From: Eubacteriales bacterium
GTDB lineage: Bacteria; Bacillota; Clostridia; Oscillospirales; CAG-272
Length of the DNA stretch: 46,077 nucleotides
Reading direction: 5' to 3'
NCBI GenBank assembly: GCA_045632205.1
Contig: JAZQWH010000005.1
Location: 1 to 46,077, forward strand
The notes below the pieces were generated by a model. The model saw only the letters and a program-made list of their open reading frames with translations. It made no database searches and was not told the origin of the DNA. Position numbers and translations under genes: made by a program. Below are positions 14,968-25,114 of this stretch, in pieces (position 1 is the stretch's first letter; each line of letters begins with the position of its first letter).

Positions 14968-16263
14968 ATGTCTAAACAAGTGGATGACAACGGATACTGG
15001 CTGATCGAGGGAAATCCGATCACCAAAGAAGGTGTGTTCCCGTACCTCGGGCGCACGATTTCGCCGCGTCTTGAGCCGGACAAAATCTATCAGGTGTACC
15101 GTCCGTTTTCCGAACTATCCAACCCGGAAACGCTTAAATCCTTCGACGGAATCCCGCTGATCGAAGATCACGAAATGCTGGGCGAAGGATTTACCTCCAC
15201 TGATCGGCGGCCGCCGCAGGGAGTGCTGATGAATCCCCGCGCCGGAAACGGCATGCTGACCGGAGACCTTAAGATATTTTCCGATGCCATGAAAGAGCGA
15301 ATCGAGGGCGGAAAAAAAGAACTTTCGCTCGGTTACAAGTGCCACTACATCATCATCCCCGGCGAATGGAACGGCATACACTACGACGTCATTCAAACCG
15401 AATTGCGCGGCAATCACATCGCACTGGTCGAAAAGGGCAGAATGGGGAGCGATGTGCGGGTTTACGACTGCTGGGCGTGTGACGCCCTCGAAATAACCAC
15501 CAACCCAACAAAGGAGAGTTCCGACATGGACAATCCCGAAAAGGAAAAGAAAGAGCCGGAAACTCCGGCGAAGGACGAAGCCGTTGACAAGCGCAAGTTG
15601 ATCGACGAGATCGGCGGCATCCTCAAGGACAAGGTGAGCGAGGAAATCTTGCGCACCATCATCGGCAAGGCGGAAAAGATCGCCTACAACGAATCCGAGG
15701 CGGGTAAAGGCACCGACGAGGACGAGAAGAAGGACGACGAAAAGTCCGACGCCGAAGCCAAAGACGCCTGCGGCAAGGACGAGGACGCCTCCGAGGAAAA
15801 GTCCGACGAAAAGAAGGACGACGAAAAGGGCGAGGACGCGGCCAAGTGCGGCAAGGACGAGTTCTTCGACGGCCCGAAGATGGAGCGCACCGTTCGCGGT
15901 CTCGTGGAAAAAGGCGAGATTTCGGAAGAAATCGGCAAGAAGATTCTCGGCTCCGAACGCTACACTCGTGGCGGCATGGACGAAGCCGACTACATCCGCG
16001 CCAATGATCGGCGCAACGCGCTTTATGACAAAGTCTCCAAGATCGTCGGTGATTTTGCGATGGACGGCATGACCGAAGCGGATGTGGCGAAGTTCGCGGC
16101 TGGCAAACTCGGCATCGCGGGAACGGTCGAAGCGGTCGAGGCGTACTGCTCCGCCGCCGAAAGGCACTCCCGCTGTGTGGAGATCGCCGCCGACGCCGCG
16201 CCGAAATCGCGCAAACCCGGCGAGTTGAGCGAGAAAATGAAAGCCTACATTTCGGGCAAATAA
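14968..16263 (+). CDS. Scaffold / prohead-protease-like protein (DUF2213-like N-terminus, acidic repeat centre)
   Basis: NGYWLIEGNPITKEGVFPY..IPLIEDHEM resembles DUF2213. An internal duplicated EKKDDEK..AK.CGKDE segment is present. Sits before the capsid genes. Confidence 0.65.
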   Translation: MSKQVDDNGYWLIEGNPITKEGVFPYLGRTISPRLEPDKIYQVYRPFSELSNPETLKSFDGIPLIEDHEMLGEGFTSTDRRPPQGVLMNPRAGNGMLTGDLKIFSDAMKERIEGGKKELSLGYKCHYIIIPGEWNGIHYDVIQTELRGNHIALVEKGRMGSDVRVYDCWACDALEITTNPTKESSDMDNPEKEKKEPETPAKDEAVDKRKLIDEIGGILKDKVSEEILRTIIGKAEKIAYNESEAGKGTDEDEKKDDEKSDAEAKDACGKDEDASEEKSDEKKDDEKGEDAAKCGKDEFFDGPKMERTVRGLVEKGEISEEIGKKILGSERYTRGGMDEADYIRANDRRNALYDKVSKIVGDFAMDGMTEADVAKFAAGKLGIAGTVEAVEAYCSAAERHSRCVEIAADAAPKSRKPGELSEKMKAYISGK

Positions 16264-16284
16264 CCATAAGGAGAACAAGAAATT

Positions 16285-16767
16285 ATGGCTACGCAGAGCA
16301 ATGTGTTCGAGTTCCAGACCCCCGGCATGCCGGGAGACTTCTACGACAATTCCGCGCAGTTCACGCACGGCGCGATTGTCACCTCGGGCGGCGTGATCGG
16401 CAATGCCGCAACCTACGTTGACGCGGCGACCGACCCGCGCCGGGTGCAGGGCGGCGGTTCCGGTCTGTTCGCCGGAATCATCGTGAACGGCAAGGAGTTG
16501 ATCCGCGCCAACGGGCTTTCGGCGGGGCTGACGCTTGCCAGCGAGAGCATCGCCCCCGTCTGCGAGATGGGCAACATCTGGGTCAAGGTCGAGACCGCCG
16601 TTCAGCCGGGTTATGTCGCGGCTTTCGACAGTTCCACCGGAGCCATCGGCGGTTATGCCACCAGCGCGGCGGCCACCTCGGGCGGCAAGGTCGTGATCCC
16701 CGGCGGAGAGTTCGTCATCACCACCGCGAGTTCGGGCGGGATGGCGGTGCTTCGGCTCACGAAGTAA
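16285..16767 (+). CDS. Head decoration / cement-like protein
   Basis: 160 aa, Gly/Ala-rich. Lies between the scaffold and major capsid genes. Confidence 0.5.
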   Translation: MATQSNVFEFQTPGMPGDFYDNSAQFTHGAIVTSGGVIGNAATYVDAATDPRRVQGGGSGLFAGIIVNGKELIRANGLSAGLTLASESIAPVCEMGNIWVKVETAVQPGYVAAFDSSTGAIGGYATSAAATSGGKVVIPGGEFVITTASSGGMAVLRLTK

Positions 16768-16791
16768 CAACCACGAAAAGGAGAAAATAAA

Positions 16792-17877
16792 ATGGCTGAA
16801 GTTCGACTTCATCTCGACCCCTCGCAGGTTCGTCCGTTTGCGATGGACAGCAAAACCACGCTGGACGATCTGCACATGCTCGGCATCGACGCACTGCCCG
16901 ATGTGATGAGCGAAATGGAGAAGCAGGGCAAGGCGCTCGGCATGGACGAAGCGCCGAACGCCGTTACCACTCCGAGTGCGGCTTTCGCGCTGCAGTTCCT
17001 CCAGTATTTCTTCCCGACCCCGATTGAGGTTGTCACTCAAGCGCGGGTCGCGGATGAACTGCTCGGACGGAACATCGCCGGGAGTTGGTACGATGAGCAG
17101 TTGGTTCTGCCCATCACGGAGCGCGTGGGTCAGGCTCGTCCCTATACCGACGCCGGGAACATTCCGTATGCCAGTTTCAACGTGAACTACGAGCCGCGCA
17201 CCGTGGTTCGCATGGAACTCGGATTCAAGATCGGTCCGCTTGAAGCGCAGCGCGCTTCGGCGCAGCGTATCGACGCCGTGGGCCTCAAGCGCCGCGCGGT
17301 CGCCAATGCTCTTGCGATCAGCACCAACGCGATTGCTTTCAACGGCTTCAACGACGGCAAGGGGCACACCTACGGCATCCTGAACGATCCGGGTCTGCCC
17401 GCTTATGTCACCGTGGCGGCGGGCGCGGGCGGCACGACCACTTGGTCGACCAAGACCTTCGAGGAGATCGTTGCCGACTTGCAGACCGCCATCGCCGCGC
17501 TGCGTCAGCGCACCGGGAGCAACTTCGACCCGTTCCGCGACGGCTTCACCCTCGGCGTGGCCTCGGCTTCGGTGGACTATCTGAACACCGTTACGCAGTT
17601 CGGCGTTTCCGTGATGGACTACATCAAGAAAACTTGGCCGGGCGCGCGGATCGTTGCGGTCCCGCAGTTCACGGGTGCGAACAGCACCGCCAACGTGTTC
17701 TACCTGATCGCGGATCGCATCGCGGGTCAGGAAGTGGCCGGACAGTACATCCAGCAGACGATGTTCCTTGTCGGCATCACCCCCGCCGCGAAGGGCGCGG
17801 ATGAGGATTATTCGAACGCTACGGCGGGCGTCCTTGTCGGACAGCCCATCGGCATCGTTCGGTACTCCGGCATCTGA
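16792..17877 (+). CDS. Major capsid protein
   Basis: 361 aa. Position, strong AAAGGAG site, and a GC-rich stem-loop downstream. Confidence 0.8.
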   Translation: MAEVRLHLDPSQVRPFAMDSKTTLDDLHMLGIDALPDVMSEMEKQGKALGMDEAPNAVTTPSAAFALQFLQYFFPTPIEVVTQARVADELLGRNIAGSWYDEQLVLPITERVGQARPYTDAGNIPYASFNVNYEPRTVVRMELGFKIGPLEAQRASAQRIDAVGLKRRAVANALAISTNAIAFNGFNDGKGHTYGILNDPGLPAYVTVAAGAGGTTTWSTKTFEEIVADLQTAIAALRQRTGSNFDPFRDGFTLGVASASVDYLNTVTQFGVSVMDYIKKTWPGARIVAVPQFTGANSTANVFYLIADRIAGQEVAGQYIQQTMFLVGITPAAKGADEDYSNATAGVLVGQPIGIVRYSGI

Positions 17878-17892
17878 AACCTCCGTCCCCGC

Positions 17893-17941
17893 TCCTGCCG
17901 CCGTTGCTCCTTTCCTGCGGCGGCGGGAGGGGCGGGGGATT
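17893..17941 (+). terminator. GC-rich imperfect stem-loop after the capsid gene (possible attenuator/terminator, no clear U-run)
   Basis: CCCCGCTCCTGCCGCCG...CGGCGGCGGGAGGGGCGGGG. Confidence 0.35.
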
Positions 17942-17990
17942 CCCTTAACTTCAACCGGGCAAAGGAAAAACAAGAAAGGATGTTTTGAAA

Positions 17991-18431
17991 ATGCCGTATG
18001 TAATCAGCACAATGGGACAGCCGACCGACTACGCTTTTTACAAGCGTTTCGAGGACGGACGCGGAATCCGCAATCAACTGGAACGCACGATCCATGTGGC
18101 GGGCGGTCAGGGCGTGATGGAGCCGAAAGCGCTCATCACCCCGGAAAACGGCGTCGTTACCGAGATCAGCGACGAAGAAGCGGAACTCTTGAAGAACCAC
18201 CCCGTGTTCAAGATGCACGAGGCGAGCGGGAATGTGCGTATCGTGAGCCACAAACTCAACGTGGAGCGCACGGTCGAAAAACACATGGCGCACGACGACG
18301 ATTCGTCGCAGTTGACCCCCGAAGATTTCGCGGATGACGCGGCGGCGGCGGAGAACGCCGACAGCGAATTGAAGATGAACGGTCGCAAGGTCGCGGCAAA
18401 ACGCGGCGCAAGAAGCAGAAAGATCAAGTAG
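17991..18431 (+). CDS. Hypothetical head-associated protein, basic C-terminus
   Basis: ORF track, taking ATG 17991. Confidence 0.55.
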   Translation: MPYVISTMGQPTDYAFYKRFEDGRGIRNQLERTIHVAGGQGVMEPKALITPENGVVTEISDEEAELLKNHPVFKMHEASGNVRIVSHKLNVERTVEKHMAHDDDSSQLTPEDFADDAAAAENADSELKMNGRKVAAKRGARSRKIK

Positions 18432-18435
18432 CACA

Positions 18436-18888
18436 ATGCCGACGCTCGACGCCAACAACAATATCGTGATAACCGTTGCGGACATCCGGGGAACATTCCC
18501 GGAGTTCAGCGACATGATCCGTTATCCCGACGCGCGGGTGCAGTGCTGTATCACCATCGCAGGGCTGTATGTCTCCACCAAAAACTATGGGGACATTGGT
18601 TATGATCGTCGCGTGCTGCTGATCGAACTGATGTCGGCGCATCTGCTTAAACTCGACGATCAGACCGGGGCCGGAACTTCGGGCGGAGCGGCTGGCGCGG
18701 GCGGCGCTACGGGCCTCAAAACCCATGCTACGATTGGCGAGGTCTCCGTTTCCTTCGCCATCCCGGAGGACAACGGAGCCTTGCACTACTTCCTCAATCA
18801 AACGACTTACGGGCAGCGCTACGGGGCATTCCTTGCGGCATTGGCAAGCCCCCGGCTTTACGGCGGCAGTTATCAGAGGTTGTTGTAA
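18436..18888 (+). CDS. Head-tail adaptor (DUF4054-like)
   Basis: ..IRGTFPEFSDMIRYPDARVQ.. pattern and position. Confidence 0.6.
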   Translation: MPTLDANNNIVITVADIRGTFPEFSDMIRYPDARVQCCITIAGLYVSTKNYGDIGYDRRVLLIELMSAHLLKLDDQTGAGTSGGAAGAGGATGLKTHATIGEVSVSFAIPEDNGALHYFLNQTTYGQRYGAFLAALASPRLYGGSYQRLL

Positions 18889-19406
18889 TGTCGGAATTGA
18901 GAAGACAATCTCACCGTTTGCATGTTTCGCTTGGCAATATAACGAAAGCGTTGAAGCAGAATGTTTACGCCGAAGCGGGCTGGACATCGGAAAGCGGGAG
19001 TTATCCCAACGGAGAAGAAGTGGCGCGGGTCGCGTTGTTTCAGGAATACGGCGGCACGACCGGACAGGGACACGTTGTCCCTCCGCGCCCGTTTGTGCGT
19101 CCTACCGTGCGCGCGCACGGAAGAAAGTACGTCAATTTTGCCAAACGCGGCATCGTCGCGGCGCTCAAAAAGGGAGCCGACCCAAAAAATGTTATGGCGA
19201 TGCTGGCGGAGCGGATCGCCGGAGATTTGCAGAAAGCCATTCTTGACGTGACCGAGCCGCCGCTGCGCCCGATGACGATTGCCATGCGCCGCCGCCGCTG
19301 GTCCCGCGCCAAGACCGACAACGGCTACGGCAACATCCTCGAAAAACCCCTCATAGACACCGGGCGGCTGATCCGCTCGGTCGTGACCGAAAGCGGGACG
19401 GTGTGA
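18888..19406 (+). CDS. HK97 gp10-like head-tail joining protein
   Basis: ..EYGGTTGQGHVVPPRPFVRP.. motif. Confidence 0.6.
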   Translation: MSELRRQSHRLHVSLGNITKALKQNVYAEAGWTSESGSYPNGEEVARVALFQEYGGTTGQGHVVPPRPFVRPTVRAHGRKYVNFAKRGIVAALKKGADPKNVMAMLAERIAGDLQKAILDVTEPPLRPMTIAMRRRRWSRAKTDNGYGNILEKPLIDTGRLIRSVVTESGTV

Positions 19407-19407
19407 C

Positions 19408-19833
19408 ATGGTGACGGGCTGGAACTTACTCAACGAAGCGAGCGCGCTGATTCCGAGCGTGACAGTCAAATACCGTAAATGCAACGCCGACGCGGAGAGC
19501 AACGCTTTCGGCATCGTCGCACCGCCCTACGGCGAGGAAATCGCGGTAGAGAGGGCGCATGTCCAGCCCATGCCGAGCGCGATGTACGCGCAACTCGGAC
19601 TTCAGCCGGGGCGCAACGCGCGGCGCGTGTTCCTTCCCGCCGATGTAAACGGAATGGAGGTCGAATACGCGGGCGGCGATGTGCTGCTGTTCGACGGGAA
19701 AATTTGGAAGATTCACGAAGTCAAAGACTGGTTCGGCTACGACGGGTGGAAAGCCCTTGTCGTTGTCGAAAACAAGGAATACCCGACGTTTGCGCCGGTC
19801 ACATCGGGAGCGGTAACGCAGAATGGCTTATAA
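19408..19833 (+). CDS. Neck / tail-completion protein (hypothetical)
   Basis: Position only. Confidence 0.45.
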   Translation: MVTGWNLLNEASALIPSVTVKYRKCNADAESNAFGIVAPPYGEEIAVERAHVQPMPSAMYAQLGLQPGRNARRVFLPADVNGMEVEYAGGDVLLFDGKIWKIHEVKDWFGYDGWKALVVVENKEYPTFAPVTSGAVTQNGL

Positions 19834-20383
19834 GACCGACAATCAGATATTTGCCGACATCATCGGAATCATCCGGGGCTACTTGGCGACATCCGGGCAA
19901 ACGGGGTGGCGCGTGGATCAGGGCTACCAGCCGCGTCCGTTCGGTCAGCATGACAAACTCATCACCTTGTCGCATGTCTACAGTGTCCCAGTCGGTTTTC
20001 AGGGCGGCGGCGACGAAACCAAAATAACTTCGGGCGCCTCAGTAACGATGGTTCACCGCGAAAAGTGGCGCGAAGAAGTCAGTATGCAAATCAACTGCTT
20101 CTGCAACCGCCAGCCCGCGACCGACACGGTGGAAACGTGGACAGCGGTGGACATGGCGAAGATGCTCAAAACCTACTTCAACAGCACGGCGGGCATCGCG
20201 GCGCTCTTGGACAAAGGCTACGGGAAACTCCGCATCGACAATATCCGCGTCGGGAATTTTCTCAACAGTTCCGAAAACTACCAACTCGCCCCCGGCTTCG
20301 ATTTGGTGATACTGCACGAGCAGGAGATTGAATCGGCGGCTCTGGAAGCGATCATCGAGGGATACAAAATCGTCGGCGTTTAG
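19823..20383 (+). CDS. Tail-completion / sheath-terminator-like protein (hypothetical)
   Basis: Position immediately before the sheath gene. Confidence 0.45.
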   Translation: MAYKTDNQIFADIIGIIRGYLATSGQTGWRVDQGYQPRPFGQHDKLITLSHVYSVPVGFQGGGDETKITSGASVTMVHREKWREEVSMQINCFCNRQPATDTVETWTAVDMAKMLKTYFNSTAGIAALLDKGYGKLRIDNIRVGNFLNSSENYQLAPGFDLVILHEQEIESAALEAIIEGYKIVGV

Positions 20384-20410
20384 CCTTAACCAACAAGGAG
20401 AAAATGACAA

Positions 20411-21883
20411 ATGGCTATCAGTCAGAAAAGGTATGTTGACATTCAGAGCGGCGTCGGCGGTCAGGCGGCGGCGACCGCGCGCGAGTTGATCTTGCGCTGC
20501 ATCACGACTTCGGGACTTGCCCCGACCAACAAAATTTTGGAGTTTTCCAGCCTCGACGACGTGGGCGGGTACTTCGGCTCGGATTCGACGGAGTACAAGT
20601 ACGCCGAAAAATACTTCGGCTACATTTCCAAAGATATCACCATGCCGCGCAAGATTTCCTACGCGCGCTACACTCCGAGCGACGTAGCCGCTTCGATCAT
20701 CGGCGCGGGCGTCAAGCCGAAACTTGCCGACTTTACGAATATCAGCGATGGCGCGTTGGCGGTCAACGGCACGACCATAAGCGAGATCGACCTTACCGGG
20801 GCGGACAGCCTGTCCGCCGTGGGGGATATCATCGATACCGCCGCCGTGTCGGCCGGCGTGACCGTCAACATCGGCTATGGCGACAAAGGATTTTATGTAA
20901 ACGATTCGGCAGTCGGCGCGGGCAGCACGATTGAGATCACCCCCGTGAGTGGCGGAACTGACCTCGCGCCGCTGCTCGGGTTTACCGCCGCGACCAATCC
21001 CATCGTCTCCGAGGGCGCGGACGCGGAAACTCCGGCGGAGGCAATGGCGCGGATCGCGGCGTTGAGCGATAACTTCGCAAGTTTCCTGTTCATCGGCTGG
21101 CTTAGCGATTTGGCGATCGCGGAGGTCGCCGCGTGGAACAACTCGGCGGAGCAGAATGTGAAATTCATGTACTGCGTCCCGGTCACGGCGGAAAAATATT
21201 CCGAGGTCGCGGCGGCGGTCGCGGGCATGAACGGTACTTGGCTGCAACTCGTGACCGCTGGTGGCTACGAGGAATACATGCCCGCCGCCATTCTCGCCGC
21301 CACCAATTACAGCCGTACCAACGCTTCTCGGAACTACATGTACCAGCAGTTCCCCGGCGCTGTTGCAGCGGTCACGACCAACGCGGACGCCAATGTGTAC
21401 GACAACGCGCTTGTCAATTACTACGGCGCTACGCAGACCGCAGGGCGGCAGTTGGCGTTCTTGCAGCGCGGAGTGTTGCAGGGCAATGTTTCTGATGCGG
21501 GAGTGTATGCCAATGAAATTTGGCTCAAAGATTCGTTCTTGACCGCGTTCTTCAATCTGCTCCTCGCGCTGAATAAGATCCCGGCGGGCGCGGATGGCGA
21601 GCGTATCGTGCGCGGCGCGATGATGGACACCATCAACATTGCGCTCCGCAATGGTACGATCCTCCCGTCGAAGGAGTTTACGACTACGCAGAAAGCCTAC
21701 ATCGACCAGTTGACCGGACGCGAAGATTCGTGGTTCGACGTGTTCAACAACGGCTGGACGCTCGACGTGAAAACCGAGACCAGCGAGGAATACGGCTCGA
21801 CCGCCTACAAGATCACCTACGTTCTGATCTACTCGAAGGGCGATTCGATCAAGAAGGTCGAGGGGACGGACGTTCTGATCTGA
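20411..21883 (+). CDS. Tail sheath protein (DUF3383-like)
   Basis: 490 aa. N-terminus MAISQKRYVDIQSGVGG.. resembles the DUF3383 sheath family. Followed by the tube gene. Confidence 0.75.
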   Translation: MAISQKRYVDIQSGVGGQAAATARELILRCITTSGLAPTNKILEFSSLDDVGGYFGSDSTEYKYAEKYFGYISKDITMPRKISYARYTPSDVAASIIGAGVKPKLADFTNISDGALAVNGTTISEIDLTGADSLSAVGDIIDTAAVSAGVTVNIGYGDKGFYVNDSAVGAGSTIEITPVSGGTDLAPLLGFTAATNPIVSEGADAETPAEAMARIAALSDNFASFLFIGWLSDLAIAEVAAWNNSAEQNVKFMYCVPVTAEKYSEVAAAVAGMNGTWLQLVTAGGYEEYMPAAILAATNYSRTNASRNYMYQQFPGAVAAVTTNADANVYDNALVNYYGATQTAGRQLAFLQRGVLQGNVSDAGVYANEIWLKDSFLTAFFNLLLALNKIPAGADGERIVRGAMMDTINIALRNGTILPSKEFTTTQKAYIDQLTGREDSWFDVFNNGWTLDVKTETSEEYGSTAYKITYVLIYSKGDSIKKVEGTDVLI

Positions 21884-21913
21884 CCTAAACAACCATAACA
21901 GGGAGAAAATATT

Positions 21914-22351
21914 ATGCATGACGTAAGCGCATCGGGGATCAAACTCCGGGTCATCGCCTCGTTTACCGCTCCGGCGGGGTTCGAGATCAAGCGTTTTTCC
22001 GACGACAACGACCCGTTCGACGCGCCCGAAGTGGACATCGCGTCTACCGGGATGGCGATCAACGGCGAGTTGGTGGTTTGGTCCACGCCGGCAGGGGTGA
22101 GTTTCAACATCAGCGTTTTGCCGGAAACGGAAGAAGATGACAATCTGTCGCGCCTGTGGACCGCCAACCGCGTCGGCGCAAACAAGGTCGCCATCCACGA
22201 CATCATCACGATCATCGCCACCTTGCCGAGCGGCAAGACCAAGATGTTCACCAACGGCAGCATGGTGAGCGGTCCGCCGACCACCAGCGCTTCTTCGGAT
22301 GCACGGCTCAAGACCAAGACCTACGGCTTCATGTTCGAGACCGTGGTGTAA
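21914..22351 (+). CDS. Tail tube protein
   Basis: 145 aa, directly after the sheath gene. Confidence 0.65.
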   Translation: MHDVSASGIKLRVIASFTAPAGFEIKRFSDDNDPFDAPEVDIASTGMAINGELVVWSTPAGVSFNISVLPETEEDDNLSRLWTANRVGANKVAIHDIITIIATLPSGKTKMFTNGSMVSGPPTTSASSDARLKTKTYGFMFETVV

Positions 22352-22444
22352 TCGCCCCTGCCCTGCCGCCCGCCGCCTCCGTGACGAAGGAGCGCGGCGG
22401 CGCGGTTCGTCAACATACACAACAGAAAGGAGTTGTTTCATAAA

Positions 22445-22858
22445 ATGTTGGAAAGGAAAGAGGTCGTTTTCGGCGGCAAGACCTACATCTTGCGGAAGTT
22501 CCCGGCAGTCGCGGGGCATGACATCTACAATCTATTGGAGAACATCACCAGCCCGGAGGATCGCCATAATCTGATGCTCCGCGTGATGGCTTTTGTTTAT
22601 GTTCGACCGGAACCGGGAAACCCGACCGAACTGGCGCTGGATTCTCCGATGCTGATTGACAACCATGTGCCGGACACGCGAACGCTGCTCGACCTCGAAA
22701 CGGCGACGCTGGAATATTCTTTCGATTTTTTCGCACCCGGCGAAATCTCCGACTGCCTGTTGTCGATGGAGAAAGTAGCCCAAGAACGTGCTACCGGAAT
22801 GTTGACGGATTTATTGCTTGCATTGTCGAAAGCGGGAGAGCAAGCCTCCAAGAACTGA
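22445..22858 (+). CDS. Tail assembly chaperone (short form)
   Basis: Lies between the tube and tape-measure genes. Contains the T_TTT_TTC heptamer in register. Confidence 0.65.
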   Translation: MLERKEVVFGGKTYILRKFPAVAGHDIYNLLENITSPEDRHNLMLRVMAFVYVRPEPGNPTELALDSPMLIDNHVPDTRTLLDLETATLEYSFDFFAPGEISDCLLSMEKVAQERATGMLTDLLLALSKAGEQASKN

Positions 22859-22980
22859 AAACCGTTTATTCGCTCGAAGAAGCATACGATATATGGGAAG
22901 CGGTCATCGTTCCGCGCGCGAACGCCTACTACGCGGCGCGGGACATGGCGCGGAAAACCGGAGCGCCCCGGAAACGGTAG
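22726..22980 (+). other. -1 programmed frameshift site (T_TTT_TTC, 22726-22732) and -1 frame extension ending at TAG 22978-22980
   Basis: The heptamer is in X_XXY_YYZ register relative to the 22445 frame. The -1 frame is open from about 22665 to 22980. Its tail ELKTVYSLEEAYDIWEAVIVPRANAYYAARDMARK looks coding. Confidence 0.55.
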
Positions 22981-23006
22981 CGCGCTGAAGATCGAGGGCT
23001 GAACAC

Positions 23007-24386
23007 ATGCCGGATGAAGAACACGAACTGACAATACGGATCGAGACCAACGCCGGAGACGCGGCGAAGGACATGGAGCGCTTGGATGAAGCGCAGCAGA
23101 ATGTCCGGCAATCCGGCGAAAAACTCCAAGAGACCGAACGGCGCGGGTCATCTGCCGAAGCGCGGAAGAAAAAACAGCGCAAGCGCGAAGCAGAGGCGGC
23201 GGCGAAAGACCTTGTTACCGAGCGCAAGAATACCGAAAAACTCAACAAAACGCAAGCAAAAGTCCGACATGGATTATCTGCATCCCGTGTCAGCATAAAA
23301 AGCCTCGCTCACGCATTAGGTGGGACAACTCTTGTTGCTGGAATTGCGGCGGTCGCGGCAGGGCTTGGAGCAGTTAAAAAAGGACTTGATTTTATCAGAT
23401 CAGGAACGAAAAACGCCTTATCATATAAAGTAACCGAAGAAGCCACCGGAGAAAGTACCGAAACAATACAAGCGCTTGAACATGTCGTTTCCAAGTTCGG
23501 CGGAGACCGGGAAAGCGCGGTTCAGGGATTGGCGGCGCTAAAGCAAAACATGGAATTGACTGCGATGGGGCGCTATCCCTTCTCCGATGTGGTACAAGAG
23601 TTGATGGGCGATTATCTCCGTATCCGTCCGGGGGCGTCGTTCGAGGAGTACTCCGCGCAACTTGGCGAAGGGTTTAGAAGATTGTCCGAAATTGAAGCGC
23701 AATTGGCAGGGCGCGAAATGGGCTTACCCTCCTCGTGGATATTGGCAATGCGGAACGGCGATTTTTTAACGCAATTGGAAGAAGGGCGGAAACGCTCATA
23801 TATAGATAAAAAAACTGTCCAAAAATCAGCAGATGTAAACCAGCGCCTTGAAGATACGACGCGAGCGGGTAAGTCTTTAGCATCGCAAATATGGGTTACG
23901 GTGGGAGACATGCTTTTGCCAAGGGACACCACCCCAAGCGGATTGACTACCGAATTGTTGCAATATCTTAACCGAGGTCCGGCATATTTGCAACAAAAGG
24001 TTTTCTTTCAAGGAGTTAAGACCGTTGATGACTTGCTGAAAAAGTTTGATCGCCAGCAAAAAAAGAGCGGAAACCCTGTCGAGTTAGACCCCGAGATAAA
24101 ACGTTGGCAGAACATTATTCGGGAAAGTAAAGACGATCCGTTTTTCGGTGCGTTCAACACCGCCACTCCGCTTAACGGCATGGGGCAACAGGCGGCTTTC
24201 GCGGCAGGGTATCGGGCGGGGTTATCGTCCATCACCAACAACAACGGGGGCAATACGGTAACGACCGGGGACATCATCATCAACGCGCCGTCCGGGGACG
24301 CTCCCGCCATCGCACAGGAAGTGGGTGCGGTGCTGGATTCGTTCGCCAATCTCGACCGCTTGAATGCCACTCAATATTATGTATAG
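23007..24386 (+). CDS. Tape measure protein
   Basis: 459 aa. Coiled-coil-rich N-terminus, TM-like segment LVAGIAAVAAGLGAV, and position. Confidence 0.75.
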   Translation: MPDEEHELTIRIETNAGDAAKDMERLDEAQQNVRQSGEKLQETERRGSSAEARKKKQRKREAEAAAKDLVTERKNTEKLNKTQAKVRHGLSASRVSIKSLAHALGGTTLVAGIAAVAAGLGAVKKGLDFIRSGTKNALSYKVTEEATGESTETIQALEHVVSKFGGDRESAVQGLAALKQNMELTAMGRYPFSDVVQELMGDYLRIRPGASFEEYSAQLGEGFRRLSEIEAQLAGREMGLPSSWILAMRNGDFLTQLEEGRKRSYIDKKTVQKSADVNQRLEDTTRAGKSLASQIWVTVGDMLLPRDTTPSGLTTELLQYLNRGPAYLQQKVFFQGVKTVDDLLKKFDRQQKKSGNPVELDPEIKRWQNIIRESKDDPFFGAFNTATPLNGMGQQAAFAAGYRAGLSSITNNNGGNTVTTGDIIINAPSGDAPAIAQEVGAVLDSFANLDRLNATQYYV

Positions 24387-24401
24387 CACGAGAGGTTGAA
24401 T

Positions 24402-25094
24402 ATGCTTAAAACTTTGACTTCGCTCGATCCGTTGAGCCTCGGCTTGAATGTCGCCGGGGTGGTGGCGGGGATGCTTTCGCCGTTCGTGCGGGAGATCACG
24501 CTTTACGATCAGGAAAAATACCTCGCCAACGCTGCCGCAACTGCCGGGGCAAACGGGGTCGTCAATCGCGCGGCAACTGCCGTTGCCAACGGCGTTGCCA
24601 ACGGCGCGAAGATTTTGCAGGGCATCCCCTTTTACCGCAGTTCCATCTTGCGCTACGGCATCGACGAGCGCTCCCGCATGTGCGATCACCCGATAGAGGA
24701 CGGTTCCATCATCAGCGATCACAAGGTCAAGGAGCCGATCAGTTTTTCGTGCGCAATGGCGATGCCGGAGTTTTTGGGCGGCTTGGTGGTGGATGAACTC
24801 AACGAGATTTACCGCGAGAGCAAGAAAGTGATTGTGCAATGCGCGACGGGAATCTATATGAACATGATCCTCGCGGAAAAGCCGACCAACGTAACGCCGG
24901 AAAATGTTTCGCGCCCGATCTTCGACCTGAAATTTCGGGAAGTCGTGATCGTCACGCCGCAGACCACCGGTCAGAGCGAAAACGACGTAGCCGACGCCGC
25001 CGACAGCGACACCAAGAAGCAGACGGTCCTTTCCGACCTCATCACCAGCAACGATACCGCCGCCGCCATTCTCGGCAAGATCGCGGCGATCTGA
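24402..25094 (+). CDS. Tail/baseplate-associated protein (distal tail-like)
   Basis: Position after the tape-measure gene. GAGAGG lies 7 nt before the ATG. Confidence 0.45.
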   Translation: MLKTLTSLDPLSLGLNVAGVVAGMLSPFVREITLYDQEKYLANAAATAGANGVVNRAATAVANGVANGAKILQGIPFYRSSILRYGIDERSRMCDHPIEDGSIISDHKVKEPISFSCAMAMPEFLGGLVVDELNEIYRESKKVIVQCATGIYMNMILAEKPTNVTPENVSRPIFDLKFREVVIVTPQTTGQSENDVADAADSDTKKQTVLSDLITSNDTAAAILGKIAAI

Positions 25095-25114
25095 TATACG
25101 GAGGTTAGCGCGCC

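Noticed and set aside
15115-17973. Very long antisense ORFs. Examples: 952 aa at 15115-17973(-), 826 aa at 20039-22519(-), 691 aa at 43566-45641(+), 589 aa at 29018-30787(-), 533 aa at 11122-12723(-), 392 aa at 12842-14020(-).
   Set aside because: Each lies opposite a gene with clear family motifs (capsid, sheath, RecT/exonuclease, fibre, terminase, portal). Their translations are Arg/Gly/His-rich and low in complexity, and they lack ribosome sites. They are typical shadow frames of GC-rich coding DNA.
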